NCBI GenBank assembly: GCA_965218425.1
Contig: OZ244621.1
Location: 4,384,001 to 4,448,000, forward strand
Direction: 5' to 3'
DNA: 64,000 nucleotides
Origin: an uncultured Candidatus Binatia bacterium
GTDB taxonomy: Bacteria > Desulfobacterota > Binatia > UBA9968 > CAXXLF01
Position 1 is the stretch's first letter. Every line of letters starts with the position of its first letter. The notes below the pieces were generated by a model. It was not told the DNA's origin. It saw nothing but the letters and a program-made list of their open reading frames with translations, and did no database searches. The position numbers and the translations under genes were made by a program. Positions 40,993-51,006 of this stretch are shown here, one piece after another.

Positions 40993-42102
40993 ATGATCAC
41001 TGAACGTGCCGATGTTGTTGGCAGTCTGCTTCGGCCGTCCGGGCTGCTGAAGGCTCAGAAGCAGGTGGCCACCGGGACCATTGACCGGTCCAGTTTTAAG
41101 GCCATCGAGGATCGGGCAGTGGACGAGGTGGTATTGCTGCAGGAAGAAGCGGGACTTGGCATCGTCACCGACGGTGAAATGCGCAGGCAGTCCTTCCAAA
41201 GCCAGATGACGGAAGCGGTTGATGGCTTTGGTGAATATACCATGGATGCCTTCCTCTGGGGTGAATGGCATGGCGACAAGAACGTGGGTGATTGGAGCCT
41301 GGAGCGTCCCAGCACTTTAGGGGTAGTGAAAAAGCTTAGTCGAAAACGATACCTTTCCGTGGATGAGTACACCTACCTGCGATCGCGCACCACGCGGATA
41401 CCCAAGATCACCCTGCCAAGCCCCAGCCTGTTTGCTAACTTCTGGTCTCCAGAGCGTTCCAAACGAGCCTATCCTACACTGGATCATCTCCTGGCTGACA
41501 TTGTCGATATTCTTCGGGGCGAGGTTACGGAGCTGACTCGGTTAGGAGCTACGTATATTCAGCTAGATGCACCCCATTACTGCTTACTGTTAGATCCGAA
41601 AACGAAGTCGTTCTATGAGTCCCGGGGATGGCGTGCCGATCGATGGCTCCAGGCCGGCATCGAAATGGATAACGCCGTGTTGGGCGAGGTTTCTCAGGTC
41701 ACTTTCGGGTTTCATCTCTGACGGGGTAATCAAGGCAGCCGGTGGCTGCTGGAGGGAGGCTACGACCTTCTCGCACGACAGGTCTTTAGGGAAATCCGCG
41801 CAGAGCGACTCTTGCTGGAATATGACGACCCGCGTTCCGGATCCTTTGAACCGTTAAAAGAAGTGCCAGACGGAAAAATCGCCGTTCTCGGACTGGTTTC
41901 CACCAAGGGACCAAGACTGGAGACCCAAGCGGAGTTGGTCAAAAGAATTCACGAAGCAAGCCGATTCCTGCCCCTCCAGCAACTAGCCGTCAGCCCGCAG
42001 TGCGGATTTTCCACATCTGTAATCGGCAATCGGATTTCAGCGCGGGATCAGAAGCAAAAGCTTCGTGCAGTGGTTGAAGCCGCTCATTCGGTATGGGGCT
42101 AA
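40993..42102 (+). CDS. Cobalamin-independent methionine synthase II family protein, probable selenoprotein (Sec243), 369 aa
   Basis: DVVGSLLRP, TDGEMRR, QLDAP, FHL-TGA-RGN (family motif HLCRGN); frame stays open through LLEYD and SPQCGF to TAA 42100-42102. Confidence 0.8.
41734..41750 (+). promoter_or_regulatory. Candidate bacterial SECIS hairpin
   Basis: (G)GCAGCC-GGT-GGCTGC(T); first loop G lies 20 nt after the TGA at 41719-41721. Confidence 0.7.
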
Positions 42103-42223
42103 TCCCGACATGGGCGCATCTCACTTGTCACACAGCACCGAAAATGTTAGATACCACTCAATTCAGAGTTGAAATTACATAAGTGTATCTCCTTCGAAAA
42201 TCCTCACAGAGGGGGAAGGTGTC

Positions 42224-42892
42224 ATGGCAAACCAACAATTTATTGACTCGCTCTTAAAGGATATCATCCAACCAGGCTTGAAGCGTCTCATGGAGACCCG
42301 TTTCTTCACGGAATTAAGGGAGGGAAAGCTCTCCAACAAGAGACTCCAGGGGTTCGCATTGCAACACTACCTCCACAACATCTCCATCAACAAGGGTTTT
42401 GCCCTGTGCATGGTAAAGAACGCTCACATCCCGGAGCTATACGCTCATTTCGAGCACCAGTTTAACGAGGAAGGCCCTCACCCCGATCTGGCAAAAAAAT
42501 TTGGCATTGCCGTTGGACTCAAAGAAGAGGACTTCAAGGCTATTACCCCGGTCTTTGAGTGTTTGGCTCACACCAGCGCCGTTCTTCGGGGCATGCTGTT
42601 GGGGTCCCCCGGGGAGAACCGTGCGGGGGCCCTGGTAAATGAAACCATGGTTTGCCGTTACTCGGAAGAATTTGATACCTACCTGCACAAGAACTACCAG
42701 CTCTCGGACGATGCCTGTGAGTTTTTCTCGGTCCATGCAGTGGCGGACAAGGAACACACTCAGTTGGCGGCGGAGGTGATCATGCGTTTCGCCCAAACTC
42801 CACAGGAGCAGGAGGCTGCACGGGTGAACGCCCTTAACATGGCTCGGTTCAAGGTTGCAAAATTCGACGGTATCTACGAAAGCTACAATTAA
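42224..42892 (+). CDS. Heme-oxygenase-like (PqqC/TenA/CADD) iron-containing redox enzyme
   Basis: EEGPH and FFSVHAVADKEH diiron-type motifs; 222 aa helical protein. Confidence 0.75.
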   Translation: MANQQFIDSLLKDIIQPGLKRLMETRFFTELREGKLSNKRLQGFALQHYLHNISINKGFALCMVKNAHIPELYAHFEHQFNEEGPHPDLAKKFGIAVGLKEEDFKAITPVFECLAHTSAVLRGMLLGSPGENRAGALVNETMVCRYSEEFDTYLHKNYQLSDDACEFFSVHAVADKEHTQLAAEVIMRFAQTPQEQEAARVNALNMARFKVAKFDGIYESYN

Positions 42893-42955
42893 TTTAATTC
42901 GTTCCCGATCCTCTGCCGATCAAATCCTGCTTTATTTTCTTTGGAACCACAGAAC

Positions 42956-44026
42956 ATGCGCCACCGTGACGTTGGAGTCGTTAGTATTGATTCTACGCAG
43001 ACGATGCCCGGCTACACCCTCATCGTGCCGCTGTCGGGCAAGTCCGCATATCTCATCGGCTTGCGAGGAGAGATCCTCCATCAGTGGAGCTTTCCCTTCA
43101 CCCCGGGAAACTATGCCTACCTCCTACCCAATGGCAACCTCCTCTGGTCGGGCCGGACCCCAGAAGGCCCTCCCATCCCACAGGGAAAGGGCGGCATCCT
43201 GCGCGAGTACAACTGGGCGGGCGAAGTCCTTTGGGAGTATCGGGATCCTGGGCAGCACCATGACTTTCGCCGGCTCACCAGCGGGAACACCATTTATATC
43301 GGGAGAGAGCCCGTTCCACAGGACACGGTTTCAAGGATCAGGGGAGGCCTCATTGGAACGGAACACGACGGCCAGGTTTTTGGCGACTACCTGCGGGAAG
43401 TAAACGCCAAGGGAGAGACTGTCTGGGATTGGCACGCTCACCGGGATATGGAGTTGGATCGCTACATGATTTGTCCTTTGTGCGCAAGGGACGAGTTCGC
43501 CCACGCTAACACATGCGCCCCGCTTCCCGATGGCAACATCATGATCAGCTTCCGCCGCCTCAACATGATCGCCGTCATCGATCGAGAGACGCGCCGATTT
43601 TGTTGGGAGCGCCGGGACGACACCTGGGGGCATCAGCATGACTGCCACCTTCTGGCGAACGGGAACATCCTTTTATTCGCCAACGGATTCCATGGCACGG
43701 GCACGTCATTTTCCAGGGTCCTCGAACTAAACAAGGACACAGGGGAAACCGTCTGGGAGTACCAGGGTTGGCCACCATACACTTTCTACAGTCCAAACAT
43801 CAGCGGAGCCCAGCGACTACCCAACGGAAATACCCTCATTTGCGAGGGACGGACTGGCCGGGTCTTCGAAGTGACCCACGGCAAGGAAATCGTTTGGGAA
43901 TATGTCTGCCCTTATTTCGCAGCCTACGGTCCGGAGGGTCCATCCAACGCCTTGTTTCGCTGTTATCGTTACGCGGGTGACTCACTCGAGATTGCTGGAA
44001 GGGTCTCGACTTCGCTGATCCGGTAA
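42956..44026 (+). CDS. Arylsulfotransferase (ASST)-like protein
   Basis: QHHDF, FAHAN, HQHD, SGAQRLPNGNTLICEG; paralogue of 2296-3396. Confidence 0.85.
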   Translation: MRHRDVGVVSIDSTQTMPGYTLIVPLSGKSAYLIGLRGEILHQWSFPFTPGNYAYLLPNGNLLWSGRTPEGPPIPQGKGGILREYNWAGEVLWEYRDPGQHHDFRRLTSGNTIYIGREPVPQDTVSRIRGGLIGTEHDGQVFGDYLREVNAKGETVWDWHAHRDMELDRYMICPLCARDEFAHANTCAPLPDGNIMISFRRLNMIAVIDRETRRFCWERRDDTWGHQHDCHLLANGNILLFANGFHGTGTSFSRVLELNKDTGETVWEYQGWPPYTFYSPNISGAQRLPNGNTLICEGRTGRVFEVTHGKEIVWEYVCPYFAAYGPEGPSNALFRCYRYAGDSLEIAGRVSTSLIR

Positions 44027-44065
44027 GATCATCACACCCGTTTTTGAGCAGGAGGAACAGCCACC

Positions 44066-44857
44066 ATGGAGATCCATTTCATCGGCACCGGGTCGCCTTA
44101 TCCGGACCCAAAGCGGGGGAGTTCGGCCATCCTTGTGGATATAGGATCGGCGAGGATTCTGCTGGACTGCGGCCGTGGCTGTTTGCAGCGCATGGCAGAG
44201 ATGGGAATAGCTCCACACACCATCACCCACTGTATTTTAACCCATGGCCATTACGATCATGTGGCCGACTATGCCCTGCTTGTCCTGACCTCTTGGCGTT
44301 TCGGAAGACACCATACGTTACAGGTCTATGGACCGCCGGGCACCCGGGCCATGTCCGATGCCCTGTTCAATGAAGCCTATAAGATAGACATTGCAGCCCG
44401 TAAGAGCCTTCACAGCGCCGAAGCCGCGGCGGACATTAACATCCAGGTGCAGGAGATCAGTCATGGCCATCAGATCGAGGCCGATGGGTGGCGCGTTCGA
44501 GCCACGGAGGTCAAACACTGGCCTATTCCAGTCTCCCTGGGTCTCCTAGTTGAGGGGGACGGACGACGTATCTTCTTTACGGGGGATACGGCCCCATGTG
44601 ATGCCGTGCGGCAGGACGCCGCAGGTGTGGACCTACTCATCCACGAGGCCATGTACTTTCCAAAAGATTCCGGCCACTATCAAAGCCACACCCATCCAAC
44701 CCATGCGGGAGAGGTGGCCCGTCAGGCGGGGGTTAAACAGTTGATCTTAACGCACCTCCAACCGAAGCGCACCGAAGAGCAGCTCTTGAATGACGCGACT
44801 ACCCAATTCTCACGGAAAATTACAATGGCAACGGATCAGATGCGGATTGTGGTGTAG
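44066..44857 (+). CDS. MBL-fold hydrolase, RNase Z/AtsA-like
   Basis: GTGSP, LDCG, THGHYDH, TGDT, LIHEA, LTH motifs; SD AGGAGG. Confidence 0.85.
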   Translation: MEIHFIGTGSPYPDPKRGSSAILVDIGSARILLDCGRGCLQRMAEMGIAPHTITHCILTHGHYDHVADYALLVLTSWRFGRHHTLQVYGPPGTRAMSDALFNEAYKIDIAARKSLHSAEAAADINIQVQEISHGHQIEADGWRVRATEVKHWPIPVSLGLLVEGDGRRIFFTGDTAPCDAVRQDAAGVDLLIHEAMYFPKDSGHYQSHTHPTHAGEVARQAGVKQLILTHLQPKRTEEQLLNDATTQFSRKITMATDQMRIVV

Positions 44858-44916
44858 CGTCGCGCTGAAGCGAGTCGGATAGAGGATGACTCGCGCAAGG
44901 GCCGCCAAGTACGAAT

Positions 44917-45120
44917 AAAATCAAAAATTCGAAATCCGAAACAAATTCGAATAACCAAAATGCAAAACGAAAGCACCGGCTGGCTTTTCTTAAGGGCTCG
45001 AATTATCGTCTTTGCGAGACATTCCAGATCACCGTTTATAAAATGTTTTGAGCATTAATAATTTGAGATGTTGGAATTGTTTAGGGTTTAGTTCTTTGGA
45101 CTTAGATTGTAACTTGGGGG
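44917..45120. repeat. Heptamer-periodic imperfect palindromic element
   Basis: AAATTCGAAATCCGAAACAAATTCGAAT arm and TTTTGAGCATT..TTGTTTAGGGTTTAG arm; shares TTTTGAGCATT with the element at 11-166. Confidence 0.6.
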
Positions 45121-45185
45121 TGTCTCAGCCCAAAAAACCTTGTTGGAGTCGTTCTGTCAAAGATTCCACCAGGAAGCATCTAGGT

Positions 45186-46301
45186 TTATTGCCCGTGAAC
45201 CTTGAAGACCTTGGCAAACTGCTTCCACGGCGCAGGTGGAACTTGGACCAGTTGCAGATTTTCTTCCACATGGGCAATCTGTTTCATGCCCACCAGGGCA
45301 ACGGTAACTCCCGGGGCGGAGCGCACGAATTGAAGGGCCCTTTGTGCGTCGTTCGATAAACCGTCAAAGACGTCACTAATTCTTTCGGGTAAGTTGCGTG
45401 TGAGCTGTCCCTGCAAAACAGAGGCGCTGCACATGACGGACACATCCAATTGCTCGGCCGCCTCCAGGGTCGTAAGGGTCTCCCCGTCTACTTTCTGATT
45501 CTTCTTGATCAGGGCCTCGGGCATTCCCAGATTAAAGGGAAGCTGGATCACTTTAAAGTGGTGGTTATCTCCTCCCGCCCTCCTGGCGATCCGTTTCACT
45601 TCGGCCAGGGAGAGATAGTCCTTACTTCCCATGTCCACCCGATAGCCGTTCCAGGTGGCTGTCCCGTACATTCGGATCTTTCCCGATGCCACGGCACCCT
45701 CCAGGGCCTCGAAGGCCTTTTCGAGACGGGGGCTAAAATCATCGTGTAACATCTCACCCAGCTGCATTTCCGGGTTGTGGACATAATAGATATCGATACA
45801 GTCCAGACCCAGGTTTTTGAGACTACAATCGATCTGGTTCAAGAGGTAGCGGGGGGTCATACAGTGGCAGCCAGCAACGATCTCAGTGACATCCGCGATG
45901 CCAGGCTTTATAAAGGTCTCGTCAAAATAGCTTCGCACGTCCTTGGGCGGCGCGTTGTCAAAGGGAATGAATCCTCCTTTGCTAGCAACCACAACTCCGC
46001 TTCGCCCGACTCCATTGGCTTCCAGCTCTTTCAACGCGGCACCAATGGAACGCTCGCTCCTTTGAAAACGGTAGTTGATGGCGCTATCGATGACGTTGGC
46101 TCCCATCTCTACCGCACGCATCACCGACTGGCGGTAAAGATCGTCGGTGTCATCGTCATGGCTCCCCAGGTAGGTGCCGATACCGATGGATGACATCCAA
46201 AGCTCTTGCTGGTATCGGAAGTGATTCTCTCCCGCTTTACCGGCAAAACGATTCCGATAGCTGGCGGTCCCTTCCTGTGTGGCCCAAGCCTGCTGATTCA
46301 T
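45186..46301 (-). CDS. Aldo/keto reductase
   Basis: SSIGIGT, IDSAINY, IDIYYVHNP, IQLPFN motifs. Confidence 0.9.
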   Translation of the reverse strand: MNQQAWATQEGTASYRNRFAGKAGENHFRYQQELWMSSIGIGTYLGSHDDDTDDLYRQSVMRAVEMGANVIDSAINYRFQRSERSIGAALKELEANGVGRSGVVVASKGGFIPFDNAPPKDVRSYFDETFIKPGIADVTEIVAGCHCMTPRYLLNQIDCSLKNLGLDCIDIYYVHNPEMQLGEMLHDDFSPRLEKAFEALEGAVASGKIRMYGTATWNGYRVDMGSKDYLSLAEVKRIARRAGGDNHHFKVIQLPFNLGMPEALIKKNQKVDGETLTTLEAAEQLDVSVMCSASVLQGQLTRNLPERISDVFDGLSNDAQRALQFVRSAPGVTVALVGMKQIAHVEENLQLVQVPPAPWKQFAKVFKVHGQ

Positions 46302-46321
46302 AAGCTAGTCCTCAGGATGGA

Positions 46322-47089
46322 TTAGAAGGAGTCCTTGAGCTGGCGAACCTGAGCAAACACGGAGACAGGGTCCAGAGACAATTTCGGGAAGCGGTTTTTC
46401 AGGTTCTGTTGAATCTCTTGGCTGTCCCAGCGGAGAAAGGGGTTGGTTGCCATCTCCTCCTCCATGGTGGAGGGAACGGTGGATTGACCCTTCTCCCGGA
46501 GGGAGCGGGCCCTGGCTAACTTTTCAGTTACCTTCGGGTTGTTGCCTTCAACGCTCACGGTGAATTGCAGGTTGTTCACGGTATACTCATGACCGCAGTG
46601 CACAAAAGTATCCGGCGGAAGCTTCTTCAGCTTGGCCAGGGAACTCTGCATCTGCTGGGCGGTTCCCTCAAAGAGACGCCCGCAACCGGCAACGAAAAGG
46701 GTATCGCCGCTAAAAACATTTCCTGGAAACACATAGGCCACATGACCTTTCGTATGACCGGGAATAAATAAGACTTCCGCCTCCAGCTCTCCTACCTTTA
46801 ACCGATCCCCTTCCTCCATTGGATGGGTAAGCCCGGGAATGCGGTTCTTATCCTCACGGCCACCGTAAACCTCTAGGGTAAAACGTTCCAGAAGTCCCGT
46901 ATTACCGCCCGTGTGATCCCGATGGTGATGGGTATTGAGAATCGCCGCAAGGTTAACTCCTTCCTGCTGGACCTTCTCTATTACCGGATCACTTTCCGAT
47001 GGATCCACGATGGCGGCCTTGTTGGTCTTCTCGCATACCACGAGGTACGCATAGTTGTCCCTAAGACAGGAAACCTGTATGATTTTCAT
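46322..47089 (-). CDS. gloB: Hydroxyacylglutathione hydrolase (glyoxalase II)
   Basis: DNYAYL, THHHRDH, PGHT, GDTLF..GCGR, CGHEYT, TNPFLR. Confidence 0.92.
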   Translation of the reverse strand: MKIIQVSCLRDNYAYLVVCEKTNKAAIVDPSESDPVIEKVQQEGVNLAAILNTHHHRDHTGGNTGLLERFTLEVYGGREDKNRIPGLTHPMEEGDRLKVGELEAEVLFIPGHTKGHVAYVFPGNVFSGDTLFVAGCGRLFEGTAQQMQSSLAKLKKLPPDTFVHCGHEYTVNNLQFTVSVEGNNPKVTEKLARARSLREKGQSTVPSTMEEEMATNPFLRWDSQEIQQNLKNRFPKLSLDPVSVFAQVRQLKDSF

Positions 47090-47238
47090 GGTCTGATTTA
47101 TAACAGATAAAGAAAAAAAGACCAGCTAGTCTTGCCATTTTAGATTTTAGATTGGTGATTGAGGGTTACCCGCCGAGGTCGGCGCCGCATGAAAGCCGCA
47201 GTCCGCCCACGGCTAATCTGAGATCCGGAAGGTTCGTG

Positions 47239-47300
47239 CGAGCGCAGGCCCGGTGGGTCGGTGCGAGAGTCCCGTGAAGCGAGGGGAGTGCCGAAGCCCT
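47239..47300 (-). repeat. Second copy of the dispersed element at 21151
   Basis: Reverse complement contains TCGCTTCACGGGACTCTCGCACCGACCCACCGGGCC. Confidence 0.65.
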
Positions 47301-47315
47301 CATGGTACAGCTCTA

Positions 47316-47492
47316 TTGCCCACGGCCTGAAAACCCGCTCCCCAAGGAGAACAGAGAACCCGGACCCGGGATTTTCGCCACTCACTTAGCCCCGAGGGGA
47401 ATGAGGACGAAGGGCATGGGCATCGAACGTTCCGCTTCAGATATTCACAGGCCTGTTGCCCGCGGCCTGAAGACTCGTTCCCCGAGGACAAC
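47316..47492. repeat. Two imperfect 37-bp direct repeats, starts 140 bp apart
   Basis: 47316-47352 vs 47456-47492, 31/37 identical. Confidence 0.7.
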
Positions 47493-47582
47493 CACCACTC
47501 GAGTTATGGCCTATTTTCAATTGGCATCTCACCCGCGACTTCTCGCTGTTAACGATGGTGGTTAACCGTTAATGAAATACCA

Positions 47583-47612
47583 TTGACGAATCACTCCCCT
47601 TTCGCTTAGAGT
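47583..47612 (+). promoter_or_regulatory. Putative sigma70 promoter for a leaderless FIST mRNA
   Basis: TTGACG-18 nt-TAGAGT-6 nt-ATG. Confidence 0.5.
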
Positions 47613-47618
47613 TACGTC

Positions 47619-48806
47619 ATGCTCAAAGCCGGTGCGGGTCAATCCACGACGCGAACAACCAGTCGGGCCATTGAAGAGGCCGCCGGCCAGGCCATGAGCC
47701 GGGCCGGCATCGACCAGGCAGATCTAGCTCTGGTATTCTTCACGGTTGATCATATCGCGAACCAGCAAGACTTAACCTCCACGCTCCGCCTTGTAACCAA
47801 GACGGACCAGGTGGTGGGATGCAGCGCGGCCGGCGTTCTCACCGGTGAGGGTGAAATCGAGGGAGAAGCCGGGGTCGCTGTCCTGGTTCTGGCATCAGAT
47901 AGCATGAATGCCTATCCCTTTCTCATTCAACCCCTGCGGGAGCGCGAGCCGGAGGTTGGAGGGGAGATCATACAAACCCTGCGCGACGAGTCGGAGCAAA
48001 ATTCCCATCTCGTATTGTTGCCGGACCCCTACAATGGCCGCGCGGACCAGGTGCTTCACGAAGTGGGAGAAAACTACGGTTTCGTACCCGTTGTGGGAGC
48101 AGGTTCCTCCGAGGATGGAAGCCAGGGCAAAACCTTTCAGCTCTGCGGTGAACGGATCACCACCAATGCATTGTCTGGACTGCTGTTGACGGGTTCCTTT
48201 GACAGCTCCATCGGAGTGAGCCAGGGTTGTCAACCCGTCAGTAAACCCATGGTGATCACAAAGGCTCAAGGCAATATCATATTCGAAATTGACCACCGGC
48301 CCGCCTTCGAGGTCTTTACTCAAACCATCAAAGGACCCCTGCTGGAAGACCTCCGTCGAGCTTTGAACTTCGTATTCATTGGTTTGCCCGTGGACACCCA
48401 GAAAAACTCAGTGGCGCCCGGTTCCTATCTCGTTCGCAATATCATCGGTCTGGATTCAGAAAAAAGAATTCTCGCTGTGGGAGAAAACGTATTCGAAGGC
48501 GAAAACATGATTTTCACCCTGCGGGAACCCCAGAGGGCAAGAGAAGACCTGGAGCAGATGCTGCAGCGACAAGTGGAAAGCCTCGCCGGGACAAAACCTC
48601 AGCTGGGTCTTTATTTTAACTGCTGCGCACGGGGAACGTCCCTATACGGCTATTCCGGCATCGATACCGCTTATATCCAGAAATCCTTGGGAGAGTTTCC
48701 GTTGATCGGATTTTTCGGCAGCTTTGAGCTAGGACCGGTGGGGATGAAGAACCACTTGCTGACCTACACCGGGGTATTGGTGTTAATTACTGAAAGAACA
48801 AACTGA
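47619..48806 (+). CDS. FIST N/C domain protein
   Basis: VGCSAAG, SQGCQP, YFNCCARG, GFFGSFELGP motifs. Confidence 0.88.
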   Translation: MLKAGAGQSTTRTTSRAIEEAAGQAMSRAGIDQADLALVFFTVDHIANQQDLTSTLRLVTKTDQVVGCSAAGVLTGEGEIEGEAGVAVLVLASDSMNAYPFLIQPLREREPEVGGEIIQTLRDESEQNSHLVLLPDPYNGRADQVLHEVGENYGFVPVVGAGSSEDGSQGKTFQLCGERITTNALSGLLLTGSFDSSIGVSQGCQPVSKPMVITKAQGNIIFEIDHRPAFEVFTQTIKGPLLEDLRRALNFVFIGLPVDTQKNSVAPGSYLVRNIIGLDSEKRILAVGENVFEGENMIFTLREPQRAREDLEQMLQRQVESLAGTKPQLGLYFNCCARGTSLYGYSGIDTAYIQKSLGEFPLIGFFGSFELGPVGMKNHLLTYTGVLVLITERTN

Positions 48807-48929
48807 TAAAGAGATAGAGACAGGGACAGAGAAGTTATAACAGCAGGCTCACCTCAACAAATTTATAATGGTAATAGCAAATCAAAGAAGATTGGAGAGG
48901 GGTGAAGAGATCAGAGACTCTCTGTCTAT

Positions 48930-50756
48930 TCAGGTTCCTCCTATCCGTTTCCGCTTGTTCGCAATATAGTCCACCACGATGTAGTTACCGATCTGGTCAG
49001 CCGAGGTGTAAAAGACCCGACCGATGTTGAGCCTGGTCAGTTGATCCACAAAACCCCGGCGATAATAATCAGTCCCCAGCATGAAGGTGTTGATCTTGAT
49101 CCCGCTCTGGGTGCAGCGCCGGACTTCCTTTAGGGTCTCCCTAACGATTCTTTCGTGGAGCAGAGCGGAACCCCAACCGCTGTGGATCCTACCTCCTTGA
49201 TCCAGGCAGGCCGCCGTGGGCTCACCGTCCGTGATCAGGATAATTTGCCGGTTGGCCGCCTTCTGCGAACCCAGCAGCTGGCGGGCAAAGCGCAATGCCT
49301 CTTTAATATCCGTCCCATGCTCCATGAAATAAGTAATGGCCACGATAGACGGGAGGTCTTGAGTTTTGATCACCTTGGCATTGGAGCGGAAAGCAACCAG
49401 GTGCAGGGTGTCCTGGGGGAATTTGGTCTCGATCAAACGCTGTAGTGCCAGGGCAACCTTCTTCCCTGCATGCAAGGCGTCGTTCATAAGCATGGAATAG
49501 CTGACGTCGATGAGAAGCACCGTCTCGGTATCCGTGGCGAATTCTTGACGTTGAATGGCAAAGTCGCTAGGCCTTATAGCCACAGGAACTCCCCGCTTCC
49601 CACTTTGCATGGCGTTCCTTACGGTCTCACTGATGTTCACGTTGAGGGGATCACCGAATTCGTACCTTTTGGTCTCTTCCAGCATGGAGCCCTGATTTCC
49701 TTGCTTCACGGTGTTGTGCCCGCCCCAGCGGTTCTTGTTGAGCACCTGGAAGATTTCCCTCAAAGCCTTATCGCCTATTTTTCTCATTCCCTTTGGGGTG
49801 AGCTTTAGGCCCTCGCTGGATTGCATCAGGTAGCCCTCTTCGATCATCATCTGCTCTACGCCCTTGAGGTATTTGAAATGCTCGTAGGCCTCTTCCCCCA
49901 ACAACTCACGAATCTCGGCCAGATCCACGTTGGACATGTCGCCCATGCCCCTTTGTCCCCAACGGAGAAACTGCTCGATCCCCTTCAATTGACCTAAAAT
50001 CTGTCCAGCCTCACCCATGCCCATCTGCTGCGAGCCGCGAAATGGATACTGGTTCAACAGTTGTTCCAGATGCTCCATCTGGGCGAGGGATTCGCTGAGT
50101 TGGTTCAGTTGCTCCTGGCTCAGGGAGTCCAGGTTCTCCAAGAGATTATCCAGGTCCTCCGCTGCGGCATCCAGCATGTTGGGTAGATTTTCCAAGAACT
50201 TGTCATCTTCCAACAGCTTGTTTAAGCGATCCAGCATCTCACCGAGTCCCGGGTAACCCTGCCCCATGGGATTTTGCTGCCCCTGCATACCGCGTTTACC
50301 GATCTGATCTCGTAACCTATCCCTGAGTTCTTGATAGCGCTCTTGGGCCTGCTGCATCTTACGGGCCATCTCATGCATGTCCTGGGAGTAACGGCCGGAG
50401 AGGCGCTCCATAAAATTGCGCATCTTCTCGTGATAGGCCTCAAGTTTTTCTGCCAGGTTGTTGAGCTTGTCACTGAGGGCCTGTTGCTCCTCCGGAGAGA
50501 GTTTGAAGGAATCGGGAGAATACTTTTGTAGGATCTCTTTTTTCTTCTCCTCCGCGTCCCTCAAAAAGTCCCTGATTCCCTTGATGGAGCGCTCGCCGTC
50601 ATCGGATGTAAAGCCGCGACGCATTAGGTCCCTCAGGGCCTTGCGAACCCCGCCTTCATCCAAGAAACGATCTGAAAGGTGTTTGAGGAGATCCTGGGGG
50701 GTAGGGAAAAGGACCTCTTGCGTCCCATCCCAATTGGTGTAGCGATGGACTCTCAT
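48930..50756 (-). CDS. VWA domain-containing protein
   Basis: WDGTQ N-terminus, DVSYSM MIDAS, ITDGEPTA. Confidence 0.88.
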   Translation of the reverse strand: MRVHRYTNWDGTQEVLFPTPQDLLKHLSDRFLDEGGVRKALRDLMRRGFTSDDGERSIKGIRDFLRDAEEKKKEILQKYSPDSFKLSPEEQQALSDKLNNLAEKLEAYHEKMRNFMERLSGRYSQDMHEMARKMQQAQERYQELRDRLRDQIGKRGMQGQQNPMGQGYPGLGEMLDRLNKLLEDDKFLENLPNMLDAAAEDLDNLLENLDSLSQEQLNQLSESLAQMEHLEQLLNQYPFRGSQQMGMGEAGQILGQLKGIEQFLRWGQRGMGDMSNVDLAEIRELLGEEAYEHFKYLKGVEQMMIEEGYLMQSSEGLKLTPKGMRKIGDKALREIFQVLNKNRWGGHNTVKQGNQGSMLEETKRYEFGDPLNVNISETVRNAMQSGKRGVPVAIRPSDFAIQRQEFATDTETVLLIDVSYSMLMNDALHAGKKVALALQRLIETKFPQDTLHLVAFRSNAKVIKTQDLPSIVAITYFMEHGTDIKEALRFARQLLGSQKAANRQIILITDGEPTAACLDQGGRIHSGWGSALLHERIVRETLKEVRRCTQSGIKINTFMLGTDYYRRGFVDQLTRLNIGRVFYTSADQIGNYIVVDYIANKRKRIGGT

Positions 50757-51006
50757 GGTAGCGATAAATATAGCCCAGATAACTCTTGCCGCGCAACCCT
50801 ATTATGAATTTTCATTGCCGTCGCAAGTGGTGGCCAGCTCCAGGGATTCTCGTTCCCGCCGGGCCACCGGTAGCGTCAAGACTTGTGGGTAAATTTCTTC
50901 GGGGTGTTTAGATTCCAGTTTTGGTTCAGGTGATGAAAAACAGCAAAACGATTCTTTGTAAGCTCTTAGTATTTGTTACAAAAGGAGAATAGATGGGTTG
51001 CGATAG

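Noticed and set aside
47316..47492. Mini-CRISPR from the 37-bp repeats
   Set aside because: Only two diverged copies, a 103-bp gap and no cas genes
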